From the NCBI GenBank assembly GCA_964106645.2, contig OZ067047.1: a stretch of 64,000 nt of DNA. One strand, 5' to 3'. The position numbers and the translations under genes are program-made. The notes under the pieces were generated by a model. It was not told the DNA's origin. It ran no database searches and saw only the letters and a list, made by a program, of their open reading frames with translations. This stretch comes from Podarcis pityusensis. Taxonomy: Eukaryota. This document shows, in pieces, positions 35,590 through 49,618 of the stretch (the stretch's first letter is position 1; the number at the start of each line of letters is the position of its first letter).

Positions 35590-38500
35590 CCGAAAATTTG
35601 CTCTGACCACAATCCAGTAAAGATTGAAATGATATCAACGCCAATTGGGGCCTTTAGATGGAGGATGAATGATTCCTTATTTAGGAATGAGGAAATTATT
35701 AAAAAGGCTCAGAAGAATTTGAGAGACTATTTTGAGATAAATTTGAATACTATGACAGAAAAAAGAGTGATTTGGGATGCCAGTAAAGCGGTGATGAGAG
35801 GATTTCTGATACAACAAAATACAATTAGGAAAAGATATCAAAATGAGAAGAGAGAAAAAATCTTGGAAAAAATTAAAGATGGAGAAAAAAGACTGAGAGC
35901 GAAACCGAACTCACAGGAGATTTTAAAAGAGATAAAGCTATACCAAGTACAATATATGAAACTGATGAATCAGGAGATAGAATGGAAGATCAAACAGATG
36001 AAACAAAGACTTTTGAATTGGCAAATAAATGTGGGAAGTTACTGGCCTGGCAAATGAAAAAAAGACAAAAGCTGAATACGATTACGAACTTGGTTGTAAA
36101 AGGGAAGAACATACAGAATCCTGGAGAGATTCGGAAGTGCTTTCAGAATTATTTTAAACAGTTATATACGCAGGAGACTCAGAAAGAACTAGACATTGAC
36201 CGATTTCTGGAAAATAACGGATTACAAAAAATATCTCAAGACAGTAAATCAATATTGAACTCTACAATATCTGACCAAGAAGTGGAAGGAGCCATTCAGA
36301 ATATGAAACTGGGCAAATCTCTAGGGCCGGATGGACTAACTGCAAAGTACTACAAAACTTTGAAAGAATGGTTACTGCAACCGTTGAAAGAACTTTGCAA
36401 TGAAATTCTACGGGGAGGAAAAGCACCCGAGTCGTGGAAAGAAGCATACATTACACTTATACCAAAAACCGAAGGGGAGAAGACACAGATGACGAACTAC
36501 CGTCCCATATCCCTATTAAACGTGGATTACAAAATTTTTGCCGAAATTATGGCTAAAAGATTAAAAAATGTATTGGTAAAAGAGATTCATAAAGACCAGG
36601 CGGGCTTTCTCCCTGGGAGACATTTGTCAGACAATACTAGGAACATCATTGACATTTTGGAAAAATTGCAAGTTAATATCAATACTAAAGCTGTTTTAAT
36701 ATTTGTAGATGCAGAGAAAGCGTTTGACAATATTTCTTGGAGTTTTATGAAGAAAAATTTGCAGGGGATGGGGGTAGGTCAAAGTTTCGAAAATGGTATA
36801 AGTGCAATCTATTCGGAACAAAAAGCTAAGCTTATTGTGAACAATGTAGTTACAGAAGAATTTAAGATAGAGAAAGGAACAAGACAGGGTTGCCCAATCT
36901 CCCCATTGCTTTTTATATCAGTCCTCGAGGTTTTGCTCAATATGATTAGAAAAGACCAATTGGTCAAAGGTATACAACTCGGAGCTAAACAGTATAAATT
37001 GAAAGCTTTTGCCGATGATTTAGTTTTGACACTACAGGAGCCAGAAGCTAGTACAAAAAGAGTGTTACAATTAATCCATGAATTTGGTCAAGTAGCAGGT
37101 TTTAAATTAAACAAGACGAAAACCAAGGTATTAGAGAAGAATCTTACAGAGATAGAGAAGGAGAGGTTTCTGAAAGAGACAGGATTAACAATTGTTAATA
37201 AAGTGAAATATCTAGGGGTAAATATGACTGCCAAAAATGTGAATCTGTTTAAAGATAATTATGAAAAATGTTGGTCAGAGGTGAAGAAGGATTTAGAAGT
37301 ATGGTCAAAATTGAAGTTATCATTGTTAGGCCGAATTGCAGCGATAAAGATGAATGTATTGCCAAGAATGTTGTTTTTGTTTCAAACATTACAAATTGTG
37401 GACAAAATGGACTGTTTCAAGAGGTGGCAAAGAGATATTTCCAAATTTATCTGGCAGGGCAAAAAACCTAGAATAAAATTTAAGATATTAACAGATGCGA
37501 AGGAAAGAGGGGGATTTGCCCTGCCAGACCTTAAACTTTACTATGAATCAGCCGCTTTTTGCTGGCTGAAAGATTGGCTACTTCTTGAAAATGTGGACAT
37601 TTTGGATCTAGAAGGTTTTGATAATGTGTTTGGATGGCATGCATATCTATGGTATGACAAAGTTAAAGTGCATAAGGCCTTTAAGAATCATATTGTCAGG
37701 AAAGCATTGTTTAATGTTTGGGTGAGATATAAGGATTTGTCGGAAAGCAAAACACCAAGGTGGCTGTCACCAATGGAGGCAAAGGCATTAAAAAAAACTA
37801 ATATGGAGATAAACTGGCCAAAATATTGTGAAATTTTAGAACAAGTTGGAGATAAACTAAAATTGCAGAGCTTTGACAAATTAAAAACTAAAGTTCGAGA
37901 TTGGCTGCATTATTATCAAATAAGGGAGGTTTTCAATTTAGACAAAAAGATTGGTTTCCAGGAGGAAAAATCTAAACTGGAAACGGAGTTGTTAGAACCT
38001 AAAACTAAAAATCTGTCAAGAATGTATAATCTGCTGTTGAAATGGAATACACAGGATGAAATGGTTAAATCTGCTATGATCAAATGGGCGCAAGATGTTG
38101 GGCATAATATTATGTTTGCTGACTGGGAACGGTTATGGACCACAGGTATGAAATTTACGGCCTGTAACGCCTTAAGAGAAAATATAATGAAAATGATTTA
38201 CAGGTGGTACTTAACCCCAGTCAAGCTAGCAAAAATTTATCATTTGTCTGATAATAAATGTTGGAAATGTAAAGAAAATGAAGGTACTTTTTTTCACCTT
38301 TGGTGGACGTGCCCAAAGATCAAGGCCTTCTGGGAAATGATATATAATGAACTAAAAAAGGTATTGAAATATACTTTCTTGAAGAAACCAGAGGCCTTCC
38401 TCTTGGGCATGGTCGGTCAATTGGTGCGAAGGGAAGACAGGAATTTTTTTATGTATGCAACAGCAGCAGCAAGAATACTCATTGGGAAATACTGGAAGAC

Positions 38501-38666
38501 ACAAGAATTGCCTACCCGAGAAGAATGGCAGAGAAAAGTCATAGACTATGTGGAACTGGCTGAGATGACTGGCAGAATTCGAGATCAAGAAGAAGGGTCG
38601 ATCGAAGAAGATTGGAAAAAATTTAAAATATATCTTCAGAAATACTGTAATATAAAAGAATGCTAG
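35590..38666 (+). pseudogene. L1 ORF2 (EN C-terminal remnant, RT, Cys-His domain) with one frameshift near 36005
   Basis: Motifs GPDG, NYRPISLLNVDYKI, DAEKAFD, GTRQGCPISPLLF, AFADDL, YLGV, CWKC...HLWWTC; 894-codon open frame after the frameshift. Confidence 0.9.
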
Positions 38667-39099
38667 AAAAGGTTGGAGAAGAATATTAGACCGTATTGGC
38701 TGACAGAGTATAATGGAATAAGTAAATATGAAGTGTAAAATAAAAGATAGAGGAGAATTAAATATTTTCGAATGTCAAAATAAGCAAATGAAAAGAAGGT
38801 TAGAAGGATTTGCTGGAGATACGATTTGAATTAGAATACAAAGCAGAGAAGTGAGAGGAAGTCATGGAAATAAGTAAATGAGAAAACGGTTTTAATGGTT
38901 TAAGTTGAATTTTTCTTTTGTTATTTTTTTTTTATTGTGATTTTTTGTCTTGTGTATTTTTCTTTGTATTGTGTGTTTTTTTTTTGTAGGATGTATGTGA
39001 TTTGTAGGATGTATGGGATTTGTCTTTCTTTTTTTACTTTTTTCTTTTTCTGTAACCTTAAAATTTGAATAAATATTTTATAAAAAAAAAACAAAAAAC
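35590..39099 (+). mobile_element. 5'-truncated L1-clade LINE (3.5 kb), young
   Basis: 17-bp TSD caatatcaaaaggtgcc (35573-35589 and 39100-39116); AATAAA at 39068 plus poly(A); EN tail SDHNPV, RT and CCHC motifs. Confidence 0.95.
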
Positions 39100-39337
39100 C
39101 AATATCAAAAGGTGCCAGTATCCTCGCTGCCCTCCCTGGCAACCGCACTGGCTGCAGAAGGAATCATAGGTCTATTAAACAAGAACATTCCCCATAATCT
39201 TACCCTTGGATTAAACTTCTGCAGTCAGTGCTTTGAAGCCATTTAGATTTTATCATGGGCTAAACACATAATTCCAACCAATTAAGTGAAAAAGCTATGG
39301 AGGCGTTTGAACAGCTTTCAGGCAAAATACTTCAAAC

Positions 39338-39341
<4 letters not shown>

Positions 39342-39375
<34 letters not shown>
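39342..39375. repeat. (GT)n microsatellite
   Basis: Seen directly. Confidence 0.95.
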
Positions 39376-39377
<2 letters not shown>

Positions 39378-40873
39378 GAAACTACATGTCAGGGTTCCAT
39401 AATATATTTTTGTCTTGTAAAGTGATGTAAAGGGCTATAGCCTAGAAGCCTGACACTGTTTTGGACTCTGCCTTGTTCCCAAATTTTCCATTCCCCTATC
39501 TGCCAGACAGAAAACAAAAGTTTAAATCCCTTCTGTCTCTGCAAAGTATTTGAAAATTGAACAATCCTCAGAACCTTTTCCAGCATTTAGAAGTCTCTTA
39601 TGTGACGCTGAATGTATACTTCTTTGACAGATAAGTTATACATCCTGTCAACTCAATGAATTAAAAGGCAAACTTACTTTAAAAACAATTGCAAAGGGGA
39701 GAGAGAGGAAGGGTTTAAAGGTCTTGTGTCAAAATATTTCAAGCTTCTCAGCTAGCTGTCTGTCAAAATGAAATGCTGCCAAGTGCAAATAAATTAAAAT
39801 AAATTTACTTATATCGGCAAAAAAGGTAAGCACGCAGTAAGACTTCTGTAATATTGCACCACGATACAGGATCCTTTTAAAAAATAGAGGGTTATTTTAG
39901 GCTGTGATTCCCTACACCTTTACCTGCAAGTAAATCTCATTGACTTCAGTGGAACTTAACTTCTGAACTGACATTTATAGACTTGTTAGTTGTTTGCACA
40001 TGAGCCATTCTAAATCATTCTTGAACTATACAATCATGTGCAATGCAATGGGAAAATGAGACTCTTACTATAGTGGTTTCTGTCTCATGTACAAACCTGA
40101 TACTACTCATGTTCCTAATTAGCAAAAATCTCCTTCAAAGTGACCATTAATTAAAAAGCATTCCTGGATCATACGTACCAATATCCATATTCAACAAATG
40201 GCTTGGGAATTTAGTTTTGCTGGGTAGCATTGCAAGAAAAATGTATGCCCAACCTGTTTTGAATTTGCTTACAAAACACACACATATGTCCACCGCATTT
40301 AAGGAAAAATCATTTCCAGTCCAAGCTTTTCATTTTGGTATGCAAAGCTATACATACTTTAACTGTTGTTAGTAAACTATTGACTATTAATTTTCCTCTT
40401 GGTCCATATCTGATGGTGTATTTTCCTTTCCCCTTCCTCTCCAAGCCTCAGTTTTGCTTAGCATTTCATGCACAAGCTCACAAGCAAGTACAGCAGGGCT
40501 CACCCCATTTGGGATTCCCATCAACTCGAGCTGAGCTGAGTCTTCTATGTTCAGAGTCTGCTCATAAAATACACTCCCATGCTCTTTGGATTTATAGCAC
40601 TGTTTTGGTGAGCAAAAGGGACATTTTCCAGTTCTGGAAATTCCACATTTGTTTGCTTATTTATTAAATTTCCATGCTGTCCTTCATCTGAGGATCACAG
40701 GGCAGTTTACAATATAAAAAAATCTCATTGGTGGTTCTCTGTATTAGCAATTTACCTTTATGCGAAGAAAAAGATCACATAATAATAAGCTTGACTCTTT
40801 CACACTTAAATTGGTATTCTCTATTTTTCTAAGGAGTAACTCTTTTTTAACCTAGATATTTTTTTGTTGCTAC

Positions 40874-40876
<3 letters not shown>

Positions 40877-40904
<28 letters not shown>
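40877..40904. repeat. (CT)n microsatellite
   Basis: Seen directly. Confidence 0.95.
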
Positions 40905-42374
40905 CCCGACCCCCTTTATGCCATTTTTCATCTTCTATTTCTCGATTACTAGATCTGACTGCTTGTTCAAACAGCCTACAAAATTTTGTATGGGTTGGTG
41001 GGTGGTTGTAGATTGCAGTGGGTGAATTATGTGGGTCACCTCTATTCATATGTGCTTGTTTACATTATTAATAAAAGAAAACAGATATATTTTTAAATAC
41101 AGAACATCTACCAGCGTGCAGTGTTGATATGCCATGAATATGCAACCCTACAGTAAATCACAATGTCATGGACAATTAACTTTTAAAAACCAGCAAATAT
41201 CCACTCATTTGGAATTAAAACATCTTTGATCATGGTAAAACATTTGCTCAGTCATAGAAAATACTCTCAAAATTCCTCTTCTAAGAACCGAGCTGTTGAA
41301 CTGCAGAAAGTAGGTTATGCTGGCTAAAAAATTCTTTTATTTATTATTCATGCAGACTCTGCGCCATGTCCAAGACATTTCTGTAGTATGGGATTGCATG
41401 ACTGAACAAACTGATTATTTTTATGCTGTGGATTGATGTGATGTCCTTGTATGGGAAAGATTTCTCAAGAGGTCTCAGTTTATAGCTGAGCCCTGGAGAG
41501 AGAGAAGAGAGAAAAGGCGGCCGGGTGTTGGGGGAGAGAGAAAAAGCAATAAAGAGAAAGAGAATAGATGGCAAAATGGAATTTTCTGACTTGTCTCTAA
41601 GAAAAATTGTGCATCCTTGCTAATTCTTCAAAAAGGACTTATTCCTGATGTGCTGCCATTCTCGATATCTGCTCTGGTCCATTTCTGAGTTCAATTTAAA
41701 GTGCTGTTTTTCATCTTCAGAATCCTAAATAGCTTGAGAACAAATGAAAGGAGGTGGGTCTTTGAGGAGAGGGCCTTTGAGATAGTGCTATTCTTTTGAG
41801 GCTGGACCCTTAGGGCAAATGGGACATCCCTCATCTCGCTCCCACCTTCTTTGATTCTTACTTAGAACCAGTCAAAGGGATGATGCTTTTTGTCAGCTTC
41901 CTCCTTCTTAGTCTCAGTATTGACCTTGAAGAAGTCATCAGGAAGGTGGAACAAACCCAGGATGTGGGTTGTGCCCCTCATTGGCTTTGGCAGTCTAACT
42001 GCCTTCTTCCCCACCAGCTCCAAAGGGGCATCAGCCCCCACTAGTAGCAACCTAGTTATACAGCAGTCTTTCCATGAAGGCTCACCTGGCACCATCTTTG
42101 TGGTCTTCTCAGTAGCATGTGAGGACCTTTCAAACCCTTGTAAATAACTGAGGAATTTATCAATCAATGAAGTGAGTTTTCTTTTTCTTGTATTTATATC
42201 TATTTTTTTAATTTGATGTCATATTTTGCATTTATATAGTTCTTCAGTTATTTACAGTAAGCCATCCAGAAAATGCTATGTGATTGGACGACATACAAGT
42301 GATGTTAATAAATATAAGAACTATTTTTAATCTTTCCTTTTTCTTCAGAAGCGTCTTCATTGGATGATACCCAA

Positions 42375-42530
42375 CATTTATTTATTTAATCCTGGCAACA
42401 ACCTTGTGAGGCAGGTTGAGCTGAGAAGCAGTGACTGGTCACCCAGTGAATTTCATGGCTGAGTGGGGATTCGAACGCTGGTCTCAGGTCCTGGTACAAC
42501 ACTCTAACCGCTACACCACACTAGCTCTCA
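42375..42530 (-). mobile_element. Older MIR/Squam3-like SINE
   Basis: ctctaaccgctacaccacactagctctc is the antisense tRNA-like head; ggggattcgaac B box. Confidence 0.65.
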
Positions 42531-43987
42531 AATTCTTAGTCATATTCTAAGCTCTTACTCATACTCTGCTCTGTGTACAACCATAGAAATCAATTAGCCT
42601 AAGGAACTGAAGTCTGTTGATTCCTCAGGGTCCCTTTCAACTCTTATGATCCTATACTCTGTGACTTAGTTGGATATCACCAATAGTGCAAATGTTGAAT
42701 GCAAGGTGATTGTGAATGTAACCTTGAATATGGGCACTTGTCTTTCTGTGGAATGTATGCTTGGTTATTAAAACCTCCAGATGGCTAATCTAAAAACATA
42801 AAACAAAAACAAAGCTTGATAATGTATTTTCTACAAAGTGCAATGAGTAAAAATGATATGCTGATGAAGAAGATGGTGCTAGCGTAATTAGCAGGCTGTT
42901 TGAGCAAAATGAATATTATGTAACAGAGGAAGTAGCATTAAAATGGTACCAGAAGAGCAAAGATTAATTATAATTGCACACCAGTATGATACAAATGAAA
43001 GACAAATTAAAAACACCACACCACCATTTCCCCAAGTTTATTCTCTTTGCAATTAGAAATCTTTTTGTAAAAACAAACAAACCCTACATCGCCCATCACT
43101 CTGACAGAGCACCACAACCAACTAGACAGATAAATGCAGTTGCTTGGCTTCACAGCATGCCACACAACAACTAATCCAGAGTGTTTCTGGATCAGTATAA
43201 TTGACTTCAGTGGCAATATTCCAGAATAAGAAAATACATTGCAGCCAAAATGACACACCACACCATAGCATATTGTTAGTTTGTAGCATTATTCATGGGT
43301 CAAGGCTATTTTCCAATGGTACAATAGTAATGAAAAATACTGCCCAAAGCATTTCAGTATGTTCAGCGGCAGCTTCAAGCTAAAAAAATAAACAAAGGTT
43401 GACCAATCAATTATATAAGGGATTTATTTGAATTTAGGGAGAAGCCTAGACTGATAGACTGGAATGCCAGAACATTATTGTATTAGAAGAAAGAAAGAAA
43501 AAGTCACCATTTGCCTCTTCGTGTCTCAGTCAAGCAAATAAGATTAAGGCTTTTCATACCTGTATCCTATTTCCACTCTTGGCATGTGGTCAAGTAAGTA
43601 CAAATGGAAACCAGGGTAGGGGGATGTCTGGCAAGACTTGCTGAATGGGTGAGGGGAATCAAAGCAGCATCAGAGCAGCCAGAGAGTGACACTTGCTCAG
43701 TTCCCTCATGCTGCTAGGGAACATCTCTAGGAGCAAAGGATAATAGCTATGGCCTTTCCAGCAAGCAGTTGGCTTGTCTGGAGGAAAGTGAACTGCAAAA
43801 CATATGCTCAATATAAGTCCTTTGCCTGGATTCACAAGCCATGGAATCTCCCAAGGGGTTGTAGTAAGCTGAGTCCTCCTCAGAGTAGACCCGCTGAAAT
43901 TAGTGAACCTAAGTTTATCACATCCACTAACTTCAATGGTTCTACACTGAGAAAGAGTAATGCTAAATCTCACCCTAAGTGTTTGTG

Positions 43988-44123
43988 CAGTGGTACCTCG
44001 GGTTACAGATGCTTCAGGTTACAGACTCCGCTAACCAGAAATAGTACCTCAGGTTAGGAACTTTGCTTCAGGATGAGAACAGAAATCACGCACTGGCAGC
44101 GGGAGCCCCCATTAGCTAAAGTG
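43988..44123. mobile_element. Partial Tigger-like MITE (left half)
   Basis: cagtggtacctcgggttacagatgcttcagg... matches the family at 54643 and 59517. Confidence 0.75.
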
Positions 44124-47029
44124 TATTCAACCTAGTTCTTTTCAGGCATGTTGTGTTACTAGAGGCATTTATCACACCCACACCCACACACCAATAAGCG
44201 TTTAATAGAAATACATAAGATAGTGATAATATAATTTTAGATTGCCACATATGGACCCTTTGGAGAAAGTGTTTATAATCAGACAAATATGATGGAAATC
44301 AGGTTGAGACAATCCTAAATGGAAAGTGTGTTGGGATATACCTTTGCTGTTAAAAGGTCTGTTTTCTGATCCACTTTATCGAATATGTAACAGTTTTTGC
44401 ATTATTGTGGAGTTGCGCTGCAATGTATGTTGCAATTATTTATCCAGTGTGATTAGGAGGAAACATACAATCCTGAAACATGTCTATTTTTCTAAGGCTT
44501 TGATAAGAAGTTTGCAATCTTTGATGTTTTATGATGTTTCTGTAGATGCTGGAAGCTGCCCAGAGTGGTTGGGGCAACCCAATCAGATGGGTGGGGTACA
44601 AATAAAACAACGACTACACTGAACTCTTTAATGAGATGATATAATTTTGGCTGTGGGTCCTGGAAGACCTGCTCCCTGCCTTGCAGGCCTTTCTGTACCT
44701 GGTCTGGGAAGGCAGTGTCCTGACTGACTCCAGCTACAGAAGCTGAGGCTGCTGAAGAGGCCAGAGATTAGCTGTCTCTTAGTGCAGACCCAGGTAATTG
44801 AGCCTGAGCTTCTACAGTTTTTATGTTCTTACCCATGTATAATAATGCTCCTGCCATGCAGTTCTGCAGATGATTGATATTTGTGAGGCGACAATACTCT
44901 TACACCTAGAAAGGTACCATTGGCCTCTAAAGAAGACCCCACATTCTGAAGAGTGCCGGTGTGTGACTGAAATGAGAGTGAGGGGAAGAGCAGGATTTTC
45001 TTGGTGCATCTCTGAAGCTAGAGGTCCATCATGACTTCTCAGGATCCCAGACCCTTATGAGGAAGAAGATTGTGACCTTATGCAGCAATCCACTCTCACT
45101 GAGGACATGGAGGGGCCTGCCCCAAATGAAGCCGTAAGAGGCCCATCTCAGAGATCTCTCACTTGAGCTCCCCATGACCAATCCTGAGGGCAGCCTAGAT
45201 CCATAATTCTTTCCCATTGTCCCCAAGCCCTGGGAGCAATAGCAGCAGCAGACCAGAGGGGAAGGCCAAGGTTGCAGGACTCAGGAGAATCACTTATTTG
45301 GTTACCAGACAGCTCTGTTGACAGGGTTCTACTCAGGAAGAAGGGTTTGTTTGGGAGGAAGGATCTGTTCAGGAGGGAGACAACCCTCCTGCAATTTATC
45401 ACCCAGCTGTAGGCAATGGCCCAGCAGAAATGTCTTGCTGCTGTGATTCCTTCTATTTTGATAAGCTGCCTTTATTTTTCTTAATTGTTGCAATTTACCT
45501 TGATTTTTTTTTTTATGTGAAAGATGGCTAGCCAAACAACCTGTGATTCACATCCCATTATACTGGAGAACAATGTACATTGACTCTGTTATAATGAGCA
45601 TTGTTAGATTCTACTTCATATCCAGGGTTTAATGCTACGGTGAAAGAGCTGACAATGGGAGCAGAACTAGACATTATGTCGCGTTCTTCCTTATATTCCT
45701 GTCTTTAAGCTCAACCACATTTCAAAATAACATGTCATGCTGTTTGTATTGATTTCTAAAAAGAGATGTAGAAATTATGGATTCCATACTTTAAGGTTAA
45801 TGTGAGGGCCTTGGACATTTGGAGTGAGAACCAGTAGATCAGAGTGGGTGTTCAATCAATCCTCTGCACATTGATTCCCCACTGAAAATGTTCTCCTGGA
45901 TGTTTCTAAAGGTTCCCCAGCTCTAAAACTAGAATAAATCTTGTAAGGGGTGCGACACAGGTGTAGAGAGTGCTATTGCACTCAGGTTCTGCTTGTGGGT
46001 TTCCCATGAAACATCTGGCTGGTCACTGAGAGAGCAATAGGCTGGACTAGATAGTCCATTGGCCTGAGCCACCAGGACTCCTATGTTAAAGCAGCCACAT
46101 GGTATCTGATGGTGAGTACTGGTGAGTGCAGAAAGAGTTAAGTGACTTTGCCTGAGACCCAGTCTCTTGCATTATCTCAGAAAAGTAATAGCACTGCATT
46201 AGCCACCCTTCCTTATTTGCACAGCAACAAATTTTTAATATGCCATTGCAAGTCCACACTCTGCCACCAAATTATAATGCAGAGTTTAATCTGACAATTC
46301 TGACACTGATTCAAATTTCTTCCCAAGATGTCAGGACATTCTGAAAAGAAAAAAAAAGTTGTTCATTTGGGGAACAAGGTTTCTTTTCTCCTGCTCGCTA
46401 GAAGAACAAGTCAGCAAAAACTAGACTAGGATTGTACCGTTTCATCGTTGTGCCATCATTATTTCTGTCTCTGCCCCAACCTCCTACTTTCTTGCAATAC
46501 TACTATTAGATTCCCCAAATTCTCATTTGCTTTTAAATGAGTACACTTAGATTCCTTTGCACCTTCTTATATGAGCAATGCGGTCCTCTCTGTCTTTCTT
46601 TCTACCTACTGAAAAACCCACCTTTTCCAACAAACCTAGTTCAACCCTTTAGTCCTTGCTCCCAACTAAAATAAAACCTATACATGTGTGATTCCATTGG
46701 CTCACACTTGGAACTAGGTCTGCTTTATTTTCTCCCCTACAAATGAAATGGGACTTGTAAGGTCATCAGGGCAGGGACCTGCCATGAACTTCATAAAATG
46801 ACATAAATGTTGATGGTGGCAATTAAAGGATAGAAGCAAAACCAGCACCAAGAATGGGTCCCTTGCTGGGGTGTGGTCCCTCAGAAGATGGCCATCAATG
46901 CCAACCTTTGACCCTTGCCCTGAAGGTGGTATTGCAGGTACATTAATTTTGCAATTGTATGAACGCGTAGGTTGGAAAGAACATTTTGCACTTACATACT
47001 CTTTTTTGAGTGATATCCCAGAAGGCATT

Positions 47030-47240
47030 AGGAGCTAGTATGGTGTGCCAGTTAGATTGTTGAACTAGGTCTTGGGAAACCAGGCTTCAAATCCCCACTC
47101 AGTCATGAGGGTCCCTGGGTGAACCTTGGGTCTGTCACCACAGAGTTGTTGTGAGAATGCAAACGAGGGGAGAAAGAATCACATACACCATCTTGAGTTC
47201 TGTGGAAAAGGTGAGCTATACATGTAACAATAAATAAATA
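47030..47240 (+). mobile_element. Older MIR/Squam3-like SINE
   Basis: ggagctagtatggtgt...ggcttcaaatccccactcagtcatg...ggtgaaccttggg; (TAAA)n tail. Confidence 0.6.
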
Positions 47241-48504
47241 TTGTGGAACAAAAGATAAGAGAAAACAAAGCGGTACCCTGAAAAAGTGGAGGGAATGCAA
47301 GAAGGTGGGTATTTGTATCTGACTGATGCAGATTGCTGGCCTTAGTGAGTCCAGTGGATGGGGGCAGATATGGGCTATGACAGCAAAGTGTGTGGGAACA
47401 GCACTGCAAGACAAAAAAATAAATTTTCTGTAGGAAGCAAGGTAAAATGATCAGGGCAGGATGGATTTTCCCATACAAATACAACACTTACCTCACTGCT
47501 GCATTCCCATCACTCTCTGTTTCTAAGTCTCAGCCCCAGCCACATAACGGGGCTAACTGAGTTCTCCCAGTTCTCAACATTCTTTGCAGCAGGGAAGGTA
47601 GAAAAATACATTTAGAGATTGATTTTTCAGACTAAGATGAGGTGTGTGAAAACAGTAATTCACCTCATCATGCACTGAAAAATCAATCTCACCATGCAAT
47701 GAAGCAATCAGATTATCAGTTAGCCACACGGCCAATTGAAATGTACATTGAACTCACTACATAGACTGGGCAAATATTCAGGTGGGTGAATTGGCCCACA
47801 ATCATTTTATTAGAGGGATGATTAGCTGGGATTTGAGTTATATGAAGCGAGTGAACAGAGAGACCAATAGAACAGCACCGAAGCCAATTCATGCCACTGG
47901 TACACAATTTAAAACCCAATATGTGTGTGCATGTTTATCTGTTGATGGCTGCACTATCAAGTGATGACTTGCTGGTGTGAAAAAAGTTTCCATTGACAAA
48001 ATATGGCAGACAGAAATTTAATACTGACTCACATTACCTCAAAGCTTTTACGTAGCTGACGCATTCCAACCATAGTCCTGTTCAGGAATCTAGTAACTGC
48101 TGTTAGCAAACACATGATGGGGATCTCAAGAATGCACAAGGTTAGCTCCACCTCTAAACACAAACATCTCAGACATGACCCTTGGCTTACATGAGTCTAT
48201 TGGGGACCAACGGACACACAGATGTCAGTTTGTGTGGCTCTCTCCCAGGTCAATCAGGGTCTCTGTCCCCATAAAGTCCATCCACCCATAGATGCATAGG
48301 GCCGCTTTCAGGCTGATAGCAATTCCACACAGGATGTGTGTGTGTGTGGATATAGAATACATTGGATATTGAATACATTGCCATTTGTGGGGTTAAGGCT
48401 AGCCCACTCTTTAATGAGAGCCCTTTCATGTCTCCATACTGATGAGTAAAAGAAGGACAAGTTATCGATTGAGCTGAATGTTGGAAGATTAAAGACAAAT
48501 GCAC

Positions 48505-48800
48505 ATACTCCTTTGTTGCAGCACATAGCTAAACTATGGAACTTGCTCCCACAGAAATCAGGGATCATTTTGTATGGCTTTAAAAGACAATTAGATAAAT
48601 TCACGGATGGCTATGGATAGTTACTAGCCACGATGGCTGCCTCCACGGTTTTTGACACCAATGCTCTCCAATACCAGCTGCTGGCAACCACAGACGGGAG
48701 AGTGCTCAGATCTTGCTAATGAGTTTCACACAGGCATCTGATCAACTGTGAGAACAGGATGCTGGACTAGATGGGCCTGATCCAGCAGGATTTTCTTATG
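48505..48800 (+). mobile_element. Degenerate CR1-like 3' end
   Basis: ctatggaacttgctcccacag...ggctttaaaagacaattagataaattc (LWN.LP...GFKRQLDKF) and a gctggactagatgggcc tail. Confidence 0.6.
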
Positions 48801-49618
48801 CAACCATGAAGTTAACAGTTCCTTTCTAGTCCTTTATATTTACCAGGAATGGGGAACCTCAGGCCCAGGGCCAATACGCTGCTTACCAAGTCTCTCTGTT
48901 GGGCTCTCAGGACTCTCCCAAGGTTACCTGTTCCTGCCCTTTCTTTGCACACTCCTTGAGTATTTTTGCCTGGCTGCAGAGTGTTTTTGAACTCCCATAA
49001 TGCCTGTTGTCAGTTTGGATGGAGGATAGAGAGGGGTGTGTAGAAACTAGCCTGCTGTAAAAAGTTTATATTCATTGTTCCATTCTGGCTCTATGCACTG
49101 CTGACATGTGGCCCCTGCTATGTTGCTCCAAAGGGAAGGTGGCCCTCAGATTGAAAAACATTTCCCACTCCAAAGCCAAATGTCTCTCAAGTTCCTCAGG
49201 TCTAGCTCATGAAAATCTGAATTACATGAAATTAAGCTGTTTTTGCATTGCTTCCAAAGATTTTAGATTCACAGCAAAAGCATTTGAAGTATCTCTCTGA
49301 AGTTTGCATTCAGAGACGTACTGCCATCCCTAACAGCCTCATAGGAGCATCTGTCAAGCTCTCTTAGTGGGATCTATAAGGAAAACTCTATGAAGAGATC
49401 CAGCTTAATCCAGGCATGATATCTACTGTAGCTGCAAAGGAAAGATAACAAGCAACTTATAGGAAAACAAAAAGGCAATAAAGTAAACCTAGGCGAAGAC
49501 TGGGGGGTGGGAAGCAGAAATAATATGTGGGAACTCTTAAGAGAAACATTCATTTGTAATCCCTGAGTGAGTTTTAAATTAGCTGATTCATTACTGTAAA
49601 CTTAAAAGACTGCTATAT

